The notes below the pieces were generated by a model. The model ran no database searches. It saw only the letters and a program-made list of their open reading frames with translations, and had not been told where the DNA came from. Positions 23,533 to 34,817 of a DNA stretch of 64,000 nt are shown in pieces. Position numbers and translations under genes: made by a program. Where the stretch lies: the NCBI GenBank assembly GCA_000002445.1, contig CP000071.1, positions 1,440,001 through 1,504,000 of the forward strand, read 5' to 3'. Source of the stretch: Trypanosoma brucei. Its lineage: Eukaryota. Numbering within the stretch: position 1 is the first letter of the stretch; every line of letters starts with the position of its first letter.

Positions 23533-26500
23533 ATGGAGTACAAGCGATGCAACTCAAGCCGCACGACGGCGAGCATCAGTCGATCTCCTCAGCTACGCAC
23601 ATCTGCCACGTCAACACCAGTGCGCAGCGCGACACCAATGCGTACCCCTACATCGGCACGGAGTGGTGCTTCGAGCGCGCGCCGTACCTTGACGGGTACA
23701 GGTACAGGGAGCGGAGCATTGAGAAGCGTAGGCTTGGATGGCGCCTCCCCGAGGGCGAAAGGACCTGGTTTACCACGACCCATTGCCTATAAACGTAGCG
23801 GGACAGCTACCAGCGGCGGTCAAGTGGACAGCGGCAACGATATGAGCATGGTTAGCAGCAGGAGTGCAATCGGCGACAGCCCCAAAGGAAAGCGCGGGGC
23901 GCACAAGCCCGCAGTGGCAAAAACCGGCGGAAACGGACGTGTCAACGTCTATGCTCGAGTGCGTGCCTTCTCTCCAGCTGAAACAGCGGATAATCAGCAT
24001 TCGGCGGTGCATCTGAGTGACAACAAGGTGGAGGTTGTTGTGTCCCCCAAGAGCGTTTACACTTTCATGCTTGACGGGTGCTTTTCGAGCACTGGTTCCC
24101 CGTCGGATGAGGGCTTCGCATCACAGAGCAGTGTTTTCGATGCCATTGGCCGGCCACTGGCTGAGAACGCTCTAGCAGGTTACAACGCCGCAATTATGGT
24201 TTACGGACAAACTGGAAGCGGCAAGACGTACACGATGTTCGGCCCTCCAAAATCGTTGGGGACGGAGGAGCAGGGCCTTGTGCCACGAGTGTGTAATATG
24301 ATCTTTGAGCGGGCTGATGCTTGCTTGCAGAAGGGCATCACATGCCGTGTGTGCGTGTCTATGCTTGAAGTGTATCTGGAAGACGTGTTTGATCTGTTCA
24401 GCAACCGCAAACAAGTGACAGTGCGGAAGGACTATTTGGACAATTCCTTTCATGTTGTTGGGGCTAAGTCCATCCCTGTGAGGCAGTATAAGGATGTTGA
24501 AGAACTGTTGCAAAGGGCGGAGGCACTTCGAACATTTGCTGCGACCGCCATTCACGCTCGCTCCTCTCGTGCGCACGCACTGTTTCAACTAGAGTTGTAC
24601 ACTACCTTCGAGTCGACAGACATCGCGCCTCGTACGGCTAAGATTCTTCTGGCCGACCTTGCTGGGTGCGAGCGTATTAAACTTGCCCAAACAGAGACAG
24701 GCATTCCCTTTGAGGAGGCTCGGAACATCAATCTTTCGCTACTTTCATTGGGTTCGTGCATTGAGGCTGTTACCATGCGTAAGGGATCAAGTCAAAACAT
24801 TCCTGAGTTCCGTAATAGTACTCTCACTAAGTTGTTGAAGGAATACTTGGGTGGAAACAGCGTGTCTTCTATCGTTGTAACCGTTGGACCCAGCGTGCGC
24901 GATGCTCGTCTCAGCGTGCAATCGCTTCGATTCGCTGACCGTGCCATGAAGGTCGTGACTCATGCTAAGATAAACACAGTGAAACCCATTACCGAGCTTG
25001 ATGATGCAGATGGTTCCGAAGACAAGGTGCGTGAGGCTTATAACAAAAAGAAAGAGGCATTACAGGTCGAGTTTCAGGTGCAGAGCGAGTTGCAGAAGCT
25101 GCAGAATAAGATCACAATTTTGGAGTGTCAGCTAATGAACTCTGTGGATGACGAAGTTGTCGCTCGACTCCAGGAGGAAATATCTACCTATCAGAAGTCG
25201 CTTGCTGATGCTGACTTAGAGCTGCAGCAGCAGCGTCGTGTATTGTATGACAGTGAGGTGATGCTAGAGGAGCAACTAAAGGAACTGAACACGAGGATGC
25301 AAGAAATGATAGAGGAAAACGAAGAGGCAACAGAAAACCTCTTGGCCGAATGTCGAAAAAAACACACGGAGCGGCTTGAGGTAGAACAAAAGCGGCACGA
25401 AGAGGAGGTGGATGTCCTTTTAAAGAGTCACGAATTCGAATTGGAGAGAATCAACCAGCTTCTTCAAGATTCTGACACGAAATGTGCCGAACTCACGACC
25501 ACCTTGTTCAAAACTAAAGAGGATCTTCGCAAAACAGACGGTCTGGTAGATGAAATGCAGATGGCACTTGAAGAGCTTGGGGACGCATCAAAGGCAACCG
25601 AGACTGAGCTTTACGGCTATGTCGAGCAGCTTCGCAGTGAAAACAGTCGATTAAGCACCGCAATAGACACTCTCCGCCAACAGTTGAAAGAATCTGAAGC
25701 ATCCGTTGAAGATCGTGACAATCGTCTAAAGGAACATGAGGAATCATTGGATACCCTCCGCCAACAGTTGAAAGAATCTGAAGCATCCGTTGAAGATCGT
25801 GACAATCGTCTAAAGGAACATGAGGAATCATTGAATACCCTCCGCCAACAGTTGAAAGAATCTGAAGCATCCGTTGAAGATCGTGACAATCGTCTAAAGG
25901 AACATGAGACATCATTGGATACCCTCCGCCAACAGTTGAAAGAATCTGAAGCATCCGTTGAAGATCGTGACAATCGTCTAAAGGAACATGAGGAATCATT
26001 GAATACCCTCCGCCAACAGTTGAAAGAATCTGAAGCATCCGTTGAAGATCGTGACAATCGTCTAAAGGAACATGAGACATCATTGGATACCCTCCGCCAA
26101 CAGTTGAAAGAATCTGAAGCATCCGTTGAAGATCGTGACAATCGTCTAAAGGAACATGAGACATCATTGAATACCCTCCGCCAACAGTTGAAAGAATCTG
26201 AAGCATCCGTTGAAGATCGTGACAATCGTCTAAAGGAACATGAGGAATCATTGAATACCCTCCGCCAACAGTTGAAAGAATCTGAAGCATCCGTTGAAAA
26301 TCGTGACAATCGTCTAAAGGAACATGAGGAATCATTGAATACCCTCCGCCAACAGTTGAAAGAATCTGAAGCATCCGTTGAAGATCGTGACAATCGTCTA
26401 AAGGAACATGAGGAATCATTGAATACCCTCCGCCAACAGTTGAAAGAATCTGAAGCATCCGTTGAAGATCGTGACAATCGTCTAAAGGAACATGAGGAAT

Positions 26501-27903
26501 CATTGAATACCCTCCGCCAACAGTTGAAAGAATCTGAAGCATCCGTTGAAGATCGTGACAATCGTCTAAAGGAACATGAGGAATCATTGAATACCCTCCG
26601 CCAACAGTTGAAAGAATCTGAAGCATCCGTTGAAGATCGTGACAATCGTCTAAAGGAACATGAGACATCATTGAATACCCTCCGCCAACAGTTGAAAGAA
26701 TCTGAAGCATCCGTTGAAGATCGTGACAATCGTCTAAAGGAACATGAGACATCATTGGATACCCTCCGCCAACAGTTGAAAGAATCTGAAGCATCCGTTG
26801 AAGATCGTGACAATCGTCTAAAGGAACATGAGGAATCATTGGATACCCTCCGCCAACAGTTGAAAGAATCTGAAGCATCCGTTGAAGATCGTGACAATCG
26901 TCTAAAGGAACATGAGGAATCATTGAATACCCTCCGCCAACAGTTGAAAGAATCTGAAGCATCCGTTGAAGATCGTGACAATCGTCTAAAGGAACATGAG
27001 GAATCATTGGATACCCTCCGCCAACAGTTGAAAGAATCTGAAGCATCCGTTGAAGATCGTGACAATCGTCTAAAGGAACATGAGACATCATTGGATACCC
27101 TCCGCCAACAGTTGAAAGAATCTGAAGCATCCGTTGAAGATCGTGACAATCGTCTAAAGGAACATGAGGAATCATTGAATACCCTCCGCCAACAGTTGAA
27201 AGAATCTGAAGCATCCGTTGAAGATCGTGACAATCGTCTAAAGGAACATGAGACATCATTGGATACCCTCCGCCAACAGTTGAAAGAATCTGAGACAACA
27301 GTGGTGGTTTTGACCGCTGACTTGAAGCAACTGGAGGAGGAAATGTTTATTGACCAAGCGGACCTGAAAGAAAGAATCGCTTTTCTCGAGGTTGAGTTGA
27401 AAAGGTGCGAAGAAAAGGGGGCTTATTATAGTGCACTGGTTGATGAAATGCAAGCGGAGTTGCATTGCGCCAATGAACGGGTTGCTGCAATGTCTGACCA
27501 AGTTCAAAATATGGAAGTGCGAGTTTTTGATGTGTGTGGATATATGTTTGAGGCTTTTAGCGTGAAATGCCAAGATACTGTTTCTGCTTTTGCTTCCTTT
27601 ACCAAAGGTGTCACGGAGGACCTTACCAAAGGTACCACTGAGCGACTTAGGCTTTTGGCTGAGGTGGTTGAATTACGGTCGTCCACAGTCGCAAGGAAGG
27701 CGGCAACCCAAAGACGTGCGTCTGCGGTTTCGTCTTTAGTACAGTCTGCGCAGGAAATTCTCTCAAAAATCGCGGACGAGGTTGAGGACGCCGATAATTT
27801 TTCCGATCGATCAGCTGTGGTGGCTTCATTTGTAAATTCTCCAAAGGAATCCTGGGGTGCGGACTTATCTCCTCGCTTTACTGAGGAGTCTCTGACCTGC
27901 TAG
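23533..27903 (+). CDS. Kinesin-like protein, 1456 aa. N-terminal S/T/R-rich extension, motor domain, then a long charged repeat stalk
   Basis: ATG verified at 23533. Motor motifs present: P-loop GQTGSGKTYTMFG, switch I ARSSRAH, switch II LADLAGCER. The stalk holds about 19.5 copies of a 28-aa unit (TLRQQLKESEASVEDRDNRLKEHE[E/T]SL[D/N]). This may correspond to an orphan kinesin described in T. brucei, but I cannot confirm its identity from the sequence alone. Confidence 0.85.
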   Translation: MEYKRCNSSRTTASISRSPQLRTSATSTPVRSATPMRTPTSARSGASSARRTLTGTGTGSGALRSVGLDGASPRAKGPGLPRPIAYKRSGTATSGGQVDSGNDMSMVSSRSAIGDSPKGKRGAHKPAVAKTGGNGRVNVYARVRAFSPAETADNQHSAVHLSDNKVEVVVSPKSVYTFMLDGCFSSTGSPSDEGFASQSSVFDAIGRPLAENALAGYNAAIMVYGQTGSGKTYTMFGPPKSLGTEEQGLVPRVCNMIFERADACLQKGITCRVCVSMLEVYLEDVFDLFSNRKQVTVRKDYLDNSFHVVGAKSIPVRQYKDVEELLQRAEALRTFAATAIHARSSRAHALFQLELYTTFESTDIAPRTAKILLADLAGCERIKLAQTETGIPFEEARNINLSLLSLGSCIEAVTMRKGSSQNIPEFRNSTLTKLLKEYLGGNSVSSIVVTVGPSVRDARLSVQSLRFADRAMKVVTHAKINTVKPITELDDADGSEDKVREAYNKKKEALQVEFQVQSELQKLQNKITILECQLMNSVDDEVVARLQEEISTYQKSLADADLELQQQRRVLYDSEVMLEEQLKELNTRMQEMIEENEEATENLLAECRKKHTERLEVEQKRHEEEVDVLLKSHEFELERINQLLQDSDTKCAELTTTLFKTKEDLRKTDGLVDEMQMALEELGDASKATETELYGYVEQLRSENSRLSTAIDTLRQQLKESEASVEDRDNRLKEHEESLDTLRQQLKESEASVEDRDNRLKEHEESLNTLRQQLKESEASVEDRDNRLKEHETSLDTLRQQLKESEASVEDRDNRLKEHEESLNTLRQQLKESEASVEDRDNRLKEHETSLDTLRQQLKESEASVEDRDNRLKEHETSLNTLRQQLKESEASVEDRDNRLKEHEESLNTLRQQLKESEASVENRDNRLKEHEESLNTLRQQLKESEASVEDRDNRLKEHEESLNTLRQQLKESEASVEDRDNRLKEHEESLNTLRQQLKESEASVEDRDNRLKEHEESLNTLRQQLKESEASVEDRDNRLKEHETSLNTLRQQLKESEASVEDRDNRLKEHETSLDTLRQQLKESEASVEDRDNRLKEHEESLDTLRQQLKESEASVEDRDNRLKEHEESLNTLRQQLKESEASVEDRDNRLKEHEESLDTLRQQLKESEASVEDRDNRLKEHETSLDTLRQQLKESEASVEDRDNRLKEHEESLNTLRQQLKESEASVEDRDNRLKEHETSLDTLRQQLKESETTVVVLTADLKQLEEEMFIDQADLKERIAFLEVELKRCEEKGAYYSALVDEMQAELHCANERVAAMSDQVQNMEVRVFDVCGYMFEAFSVKCQDTVSAFASFTKGVTEDLTKGTTERLRLLAEVVELRSSTVARKAATQRRASAVSSLVQSAQEILSKIADEVEDADNFSDRSAVVASFVNSPKESWGADLSPRFTEESLTC
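25664..27290 (+). repeat. About 19.5 tandem copies of an 84-bp coding repeat inside the kinesin gene
   Basis: Measured period: cagttgaaag recurs at 25681 and 25765, giving 84 bp = 28 codons. Units are near-identical at the nucleotide level. Two nucleotide variants alternate (gaa/aca = E/T; gat/aat = D/N), plus one gaa-gat to gaa-aat change (ED to EN) in unit 8. The minus-strand ORFs 25514-27298 and 25617-27233 are artefacts of this periodicity. Confidence 0.95.
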
Positions 27904-30222
27904 TTGGGAAACATACCAGCCTTCAAGTCAGGGTGGTCACTGAGTGAGTTGCTTACTTGGGAGGGAGTAATGCTGTCGTTGGATCGCTGAATGAGCCTTA
28001 TATGCAATATACCCAAGGAGGATCCTTTGCTACTTCGTTTCTGTACTGTACCTCCGCAATATTTACACACGTTTTGTCTTACCTTCGTTTTTACTTTTTA
28101 CGTGCTTTAACGAGGTTTCGGTATGGTGCAGTACGCAGTGGATTTTTTTTTGGGGGTAGTATGAAGCAGGGGAGTCAGTTGTCCCGCCGCATGGTGCTCG
28201 GTGCGAACTCCAATCGACTATTTAGTGTATGTACCTTCATGTGGTGGGTGCGGTTACAATGGTGAGGCCAAACTGCGTTAGGCAAAGGGTTCAAAAAATG
28301 GAAGGGGTGCGGCGTTTGGGAGATTGTTTTCACCATCTCCAGCGCTTAGGCCACCCCGCCACCTTTTTTGTGTAACTTTTTCTGCCGAAGACGCATCGTG
28401 GGGGAAACTCTACCGCCTCAGTGGTATCGACTACTGCGCTCCGGAGGAGGTCCTTGTGATGAACGCTTTTTGGGGGCTCAGCTCCGTCCCTCCCTATTTT
28501 CCATTTTCAGGTGTACCCATTGAGCTTTATTTTAATGCAAGTGCATGTTGAGGGAGTGTTCTTTTTTTTTTTTGTAACTCTTGTTTATTTGTAAGCTCCA
28601 CGAAGATGGATGATCGTACGATAGTGTTAACGGTGCGGTAGCATGTAGGGGAAGGATGGTGGAAAACAAAGAGGTAAAAACAAGCACCACAAATCAATGA
28701 AGTGAAAGCCATTGATAGTGAAAAGTGGCTGACACGACCCGGGTTCTTCGAATTTAACATTTATTTTTTTTTTATTTGTCTCATTCTTGTTTCCTTTGTA
28801 GATCACCTTAGCTCTCACAGAGGGTACTATTTTATCGGTATTTATTTGTAACTGGTTAGCAGTGCGTGCAGCAGACATCCTTAAGCGTAAGTACGCCTCC
28901 CTTGTATTCTTGTATCATTAATGCTGTCATTATCGTCGTATACATATTTATTACTGTTGTAATTCACGCGCACGCAGTGATAGTGCTGCGTCTTCCTTTC
29001 CCAATGTGCCACCTCAGACTGTCACCTTCGTGCACCGTTTACTGCTAGACGGCTTGACAGTGGAAGAATATGTATTGCCTTCCAGAGCCTAATATGCGAG
29101 GAAGAGCACTAAGTGCGTGTAAGAGAAAGTATCGTAAGGCATTGGGTGCGCTGCACATGCGTGTGTGAAGCCAGTAGTGATAAGAGATTTAACCCCAGGA
29201 GGGGTTACCAGCGTGAGTGTGTGGATGACAGCGTTTCCCTTGACGCGTCTTGCATTCGCTGCGTTGGTCTGTTGTTTTCTGGTTTCGGAGTATATCCAAC
29301 AAGGTCTTTGGATATCTGTCCTGTACTATTTCTCTTTCTTTGATTTTATCTGTTTATTTTTCTTTCGGTCGTATAATTCCCCCTCTTCCATGTACATCGG
29401 TTTACCGGGCTGTGTCCTTTTTATTTCGTCTCTCGGGGTGGCCCACTCGGGGGTCTCGGATTACATTAATGGTAGTTAAATGGGGTAGTTGTCCGTGTCT
29501 TACGTTTGCTTTACTCCGCCAAGTATATATATGTTTCCACGTTTGAATTCTCTCCACTTCTATTAATTTTCTCCGCATCTCTCTTCCTTGATTTTTCTTT
29601 CACTGCTGCGAGAGCATTGAAGCTCATGAGTCGCACGTTAGAATCGTAGTTGAACATAAGGCTTGCTGTTAAGGCAGCATATACGATTTTGTGGGGACCC
29701 GGGCGCTAAGATGGGATACGGGACCTCATCGGTAACACCATGGTTGAGGAAGTGCTGGGTGCCATGCGGTTGTTACCGCCGCGGGAGCCAGAGAGAGATA
29801 GAGAGGGGATTCTGGGGTGTCGGAAGGGTAGTTGTCTGCGTAGCTAACGAAGGTTTTCCCCCCTCGACCATTCTATTGTGAGTTGTTTCGCCGTGACCTC
29901 CGTTAATGGTCTACTACTCCCTGTCACAACACCATGCCTTGTCTAATCACTAACTGTGAAAAGGTGAATATCATGCAACACGTACCTGGCAGGGGGTGAG
30001 GAGACCGAGAGCTACTGTCCCACAGGTGTCACTTCATGTGGGACTAATCGAAGTTCTTTTTTTCTTTTCTGTCGAGATCACAATATTTATTTAGTTCTAT
30101 CGCTGTATTACGTCTACTGATTGCTGCGACTACTATTTCCCCTTGTTTTTGGATGTTAATTTTCACGCACATGTACATGTGTACATTACGAGTTCCACAC
30201 CGCGCATCTGAGGCGGCGTGTT

Positions 30223-33200
30223 ATGCTGCGGCATACGACGTCCATATTTGCCCCTACGTGTCGAACCGTCGTTTGCCGGACTTACAACCACCCGGTAGCG
30301 AGTAGGAGAAAGACCGGCAACAGACAAAAGAAGGGCGTTTGCGACAATGTTCGTGACATAATCGGCATGACCATCCCCGAGGCGCGGCTGCGTCGCGACC
30401 GTATTTCAGCAGCTTCCTTCGACCGTTGCATTGAGGAAAATGCTCGAAATATCATTGGCCTTGGCTCTAAAGAATCTCCTGGACTCGAGACCCGCTTCGG
30501 TGCTCGGTATGATCGTAGGGATGTGCGTTTTGTTGGTCGGGCCGATGACGTCCGGCGATTCACCGAGGAGGCGGCGAGGTCAAGCGCCGCCGGACATTGG
30601 CCAATGGGAGTGACATTCGTGCGGGGTGAGTTCGGTGCTGCATCCGGGGGCGATGGCCATCGGTTGAGCGCTGAACCAACGAGCCATGATTTGGGCCGCG
30701 CACCAATGGATGTGGCTAGCGAGGGAACTAATCCAATGCTGCGGCGTGTGTTGAGGCGGTGCAAAGAAGGGGTTTCCTCGTCACTGGCTGGAGTTCTTGC
30801 CGCTGCTGGCCCTGAGAAAGCACCGGCTGAAGGAACCACCTCTGAGATGAACCCTAGGAAGAACGTGGCACCGTCGACGGCTTCTACACGCCCACAAACG
30901 GCATCAGTAGTGAGTCCTGCGAGGCGGCGTGTCGAGAAGCGCTTACGGCGGCGATCAGCCGTGTTGTTGAGAGGCGGAGAATCGTTACACCCATGTTCCC
31001 TGCAGGGCGGATGCGGCTCACAGGGTGGCTCTTCGAACTGCGCGTTTGTTACACATCCATCTACCGCTTGCGTTCAGTGGTTGCGGCTGGGCCGTTGCGA
31101 GGAAGCGCGTCTATGTAGCTGCCCGTGGTGGCACCCTGCGGAGATGGAGGTACTGAAACCGGAGTTTCTTCACAGTTACTTCTTCGGCATTGCCGAAGGA
31201 GATGAGAGGGGGCTACGACCCTTGAGGGAAAGCTGTGCTGCGGTGGGGAGGCTCCTACAGATGTTTCTGGACATTATCGTTTCCACGATATTCGAAGCAT
31301 TGAGGATGGAGACGACAAATAACGAGGAGGTGGTGACGGTTGGGCGCGTTGAGGACCTTCTATCTCGTGCTGGTAAAGGGAAGGGTGGAAACTCCGCCTG
31401 CATTTGTAACCTAAAGGATGGTTTGCTCTCTGTGGAGCGGGAACTGTGCGTAAGTGCACTAATGGGTGATGATGAGGGGGTAACCTGCACGGAAAGTGCT
31501 GACGGCGAGACATCGGGGCCTCATTTCGATGGCGAGTCGACTTCTTTGCTCCGCAACATGGAACACTACCATAAGCTGCACGCCGATGCGGACAAAGAAG
31601 TGCGAAACCTCCTTGTTATATTTCGCGCGTACTTTACGATGTGTGATGAACGTGGGGGAAACAGTGGCCGCGTCATCGTGAGCGCTTCTCTTACTCAATG
31701 GCTGCTCAGGCACGCTGCGAGTTGTTGCAGTCAGGGAGAATGTTACTCGGCTGGACTGACCCCAATCAAGCTGTTTGAGGAGGCTTCAGTTGTATTATTG
31801 AAGGATAGACTTCATAGGTGTGGCATTGACATATGCGGCAGGAGTTGCAAGCAATCGAGCATCACACCTTCCGACCGTTCATCGCCGTTATTGTTGCTGC
31901 AACATGTCTCTTTATTGTCGAATATTGTAACGTTTGGTGCGAACGCAGATCAGGCGATGCTGACCGAGCCGGGGCAACAATCACTTTTGTATAGTGTCTT
32001 GCTTTGCCTTCAATCAGGTGGGGTGTCCTGTTGGCTTGGTGACTCTCCGCAGCAGCAGTACGTTAGTTGTTGGTTATTCATGCAATCTTTACTCTCGGTG
32101 GCTTCGGTATGCCTACTGCGGTTGGGCAGTCGAATCTTCTCGTTTGCACGCCCCGTGCTTGTGGAAGTCGGGCGGCGTTTGGCAAAGGATATTGAGGTCC
32201 AGTTCGAGGCGAAGTTGCTGCGGGCATCCGGATGGGCTCCGTGGACTGATGCACAGATGTTCGGTGAACAGCACCGGGCCATTTACACTGCGTCCGACTA
32301 CGCCCGGACGCACATGCCTGTCGTTGCTCGCGCATTCACAGCAGCAATGCTCAACATACTATTACTGAACACATTGAGAGCAGCGAACCGCGAGGTGAAT
32401 TTGTGTCGCAGTCCCGTTGCTGCCGTTATTTTCAGCGGGGAAAAGGCTGAGGAATACAAGGGCTGTGCAGTAAAAGGTGGATTAGACTCACCTATGGAGT
32501 GTGTTCAGCGCGAGTCGCAATTACGCGGTGGGCCCAGCGTGCGGCGCAGTATGCGTCCCTATGCACAAGAGGCCATGTCATTAATAGCTCTTTTGCATGA
32601 TGAAGGTACCCAAATGCTTGCTCGACGGCAGGCGCTCATGGAAGAGTTCTTGTGCAGGCGGAAAGATTTCGATGACTGTGGAGCAAACGAGCTCAACAAC
32701 CCCCAAAACCGAAGAAGAAGCTCCGGGGGCGTTATCTTGCCATCATTCCACGACGAAAAGATTCATGTTTTTGAGAAATTACTTCCACACGGGTCCATCT
32801 CCGTTTGTGGTGACGGTGTCGGATTGCTTCTTCGCGTGCTACTGGAGGGCGGGTCTGCATACGGGGCGTTGCGCCTCGCCGCATCTGCGGTTCACGTAGG
32901 AAGAGCGCTAAGGTTTGCGGCGCGCCAGCCCATGCCACACGTTCATCTAGGCGAAAAGGTAAAGCACAAACACATGCGAAACAGTAGAACAGGTCGCAAG
33001 TACACTGTTCGTGTCCGTGTCCCTGTTCTTCGTAGCACTGATCCCGACATGGAATGCCGAATGCACCGAAAGGGACAAAGTGGAGGAGCGCACCCCATTG
33101 CATTGTATTTGCGGCTCAACCAGCAAACAGTGGAAGAGATGGTCCGCCTCGCACTTCGCATGGGGGGCGCTGGAGAGCGTCTACTGAGCGGCGTAGTTGA

Positions 33201-34602
33201 CGACTGCGTACGGGGTTTACTCCTGGATTACGGGAAGTCACGCTGTTTACCTGCGGTAAAAGGCTCGGATGTGCACGATGATGGGGCGATTGCAGGAGAT
33301 TTAGGCGCACGCGAGCTGCAGGGAATCTTGTCCGTTGTAGTGGGTACCAACAGTAATTCGCAGCTTTTGTCCGTGGCTGATGAAGCCCAGCAGCGCGCCG
33401 TGGAGGGTTACCGTGTCCCTCCAACAGCATTGTTGGTCGAGCTCCTTGTGGCCCTTACACCTCAAGCGGGGCGCGGGGTGCACGAGCGGTGCACACGTTT
33501 ATGCGCAATGGACCCTCATCTAGTAAGCGAAAGAACACTCCTGGCGAAGCAGTGCCACACGGCAGGCGAAAGTTTTGCTAGGGCAAATGACGATGCTTCC
33601 GCGGCATGGTTGAGTTACCTCAACTCAGGAGTTGCTGTCGATTCAGGGGCGGTTAGTGTTTCGTTTCTCCGAAAGGAGGCTGAGCGACTACCTGTGGTTG
33701 ATAGTGTTGCTGCGTCGTTGAACAGGCCCCCGCTTCCTCGCAACGTAGAGGAGCTAAGAAGACAGCTCACGCAAACGGTTGATGCCGTCGGTTGTGCTCA
33801 GGACAGGCGACAAAACGAGGCAGCGTGGAGTTTGTCACGGGGGTTTGCCGTACGCGTGCAAGACCCAAACTCAATGCATGGAGTTTGGTGGGCTGTGATG
33901 TGTGGAGCAATTCTTGGTGCAAGCGACGACGCGCTGGCCGGCAAACAACGACCATGGGCACGGTTGCTTCTGCGCAACGCCTTCCACGTGGCCCAACAGT
34001 TCGCAGCACCACAGGATCGCGCCCGCTACGGCCAGGCAACGGTAAGGGCATTTATTCTCTCCGGCATATTTGAATTGACATCGACACCCCGTAGCCCTAC
34101 CGATGTTAGTTGTCGAAGGAAACACCTACCGTGGCAGCTCCCTGTAGTTCACGACCTCAACCTCTTTTTAGCTGCCCAGGTGCACCTCGCACAGCGGCTA
34201 CACAAACTGTATCCCAACAGTGTGATCACGAATGATTGTGGTATTAACAAACAACTGCAACTTTTTGGTCATCTAAAATTGTCGACAAAACTTGAAGACC
34301 ACCACATTGAGGCGACTGCGTGTTGGAGTCTACTTGAACCATTAACTGAACACAGCGAGTTAGCGATAACATGGCTGCAGGAATCACTGTTTCATACTCC
34401 TCAAGGACTGCTCGCATGGATCATCGCCTGCACTAACAACAATTGCAACCAAACGGCTTTTGTGATGGCCGCATGGGTGACACTTTTATGCCGCACTGAA
34501 AAGGTAGGTGGGACATTCAATAAACATGTCCAACAACATCTACGGTCCAAATGCACAAAAAAACAAGTGGAACAACTTCTGTTGCTTGATCACTGCAATT
34601 AA
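30223..34602 (+). CDS. Conserved hypothetical protein, 1459 aa
   Basis: ATG verified at 30223 (ttatgctgcgg = MLR). Long uninterrupted ORF in cluster orientation with no recognisable domain. An alternative downstream start, MTIPEARL (about aa 49), cannot be excluded. Confidence 0.6.
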   Translation: MLRHTTSIFAPTCRTVVCRTYNHPVASRRKTGNRQKKGVCDNVRDIIGMTIPEARLRRDRISAASFDRCIEENARNIIGLGSKESPGLETRFGARYDRRDVRFVGRADDVRRFTEEAARSSAAGHWPMGVTFVRGEFGAASGGDGHRLSAEPTSHDLGRAPMDVASEGTNPMLRRVLRRCKEGVSSSLAGVLAAAGPEKAPAEGTTSEMNPRKNVAPSTASTRPQTASVVSPARRRVEKRLRRRSAVLLRGGESLHPCSLQGGCGSQGGSSNCAFVTHPSTACVQWLRLGRCEEARLCSCPWWHPAEMEVLKPEFLHSYFFGIAEGDERGLRPLRESCAAVGRLLQMFLDIIVSTIFEALRMETTNNEEVVTVGRVEDLLSRAGKGKGGNSACICNLKDGLLSVERELCVSALMGDDEGVTCTESADGETSGPHFDGESTSLLRNMEHYHKLHADADKEVRNLLVIFRAYFTMCDERGGNSGRVIVSASLTQWLLRHAASCCSQGECYSAGLTPIKLFEEASVVLLKDRLHRCGIDICGRSCKQSSITPSDRSSPLLLLQHVSLLSNIVTFGANADQAMLTEPGQQSLLYSVLLCLQSGGVSCWLGDSPQQQYVSCWLFMQSLLSVASVCLLRLGSRIFSFARPVLVEVGRRLAKDIEVQFEAKLLRASGWAPWTDAQMFGEQHRAIYTASDYARTHMPVVARAFTAAMLNILLLNTLRAANREVNLCRSPVAAVIFSGEKAEEYKGCAVKGGLDSPMECVQRESQLRGGPSVRRSMRPYAQEAMSLIALLHDEGTQMLARRQALMEEFLCRRKDFDDCGANELNNPQNRRRSSGGVILPSFHDEKIHVFEKLLPHGSISVCGDGVGLLLRVLLEGGSAYGALRLAASAVHVGRALRFAARQPMPHVHLGEKVKHKHMRNSRTGRKYTVRVRVPVLRSTDPDMECRMHRKGQSGGAHPIALYLRLNQQTVEEMVRLALRMGGAGERLLSGVVDDCVRGLLLDYGKSRCLPAVKGSDVHDDGAIAGDLGARELQGILSVVVGTNSNSQLLSVADEAQQRAVEGYRVPPTALLVELLVALTPQAGRGVHERCTRLCAMDPHLVSERTLLAKQCHTAGESFARANDDASAAWLSYLNSGVAVDSGAVSVSFLRKEAERLPVVDSVAASLNRPPLPRNVEELRRQLTQTVDAVGCAQDRRQNEAAWSLSRGFAVRVQDPNSMHGVWWAVMCGAILGASDDALAGKQRPWARLLLRNAFHVAQQFAAPQDRARYGQATVRAFILSGIFELTSTPRSPTDVSCRRKHLPWQLPVVHDLNLFLAAQVHLAQRLHKLYPNSVITNDCGINKQLQLFGHLKLSTKLEDHHIEATACWSLLEPLTEHSELAITWLQESLFHTPQGLLAWIIACTNNNCNQTAFVMAAWVTLLCRTEKVGGTFNKHVQQHLRSKCTKKQVEQLLLLDHCN

Positions 34603-34817
34603 AATCCAAAGAAAGCGCGGACTTGCATAGGGCATCTACAAGGGAAAACGAAACGCATAAAAAAAATTAATTTTAAAAAAAAGAAATAACTTCCACAACC
34701 AAAATATAAAAAAAAACATGAATACCACCATATAAATCAATCACTTTTTTTCACCAACATATAGTATCAAATAATAAGAGAATTAACTTTGTAGATAAAG
34801 AAAGCAATAAAGCATCA

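Noticed and set aside
25514-27298. 594-aa and 538-aa minus-strand ORFs spanning the kinesin repeat
   Set aside because: They are antisense to a well-supported kinesin CDS. Their periodic products (MLQILSTVGGGY..., SFNCWRRV...) are the reverse-frame reading of the 84-bp repeat, so they are open only because the repeat lacks stops in those frames.
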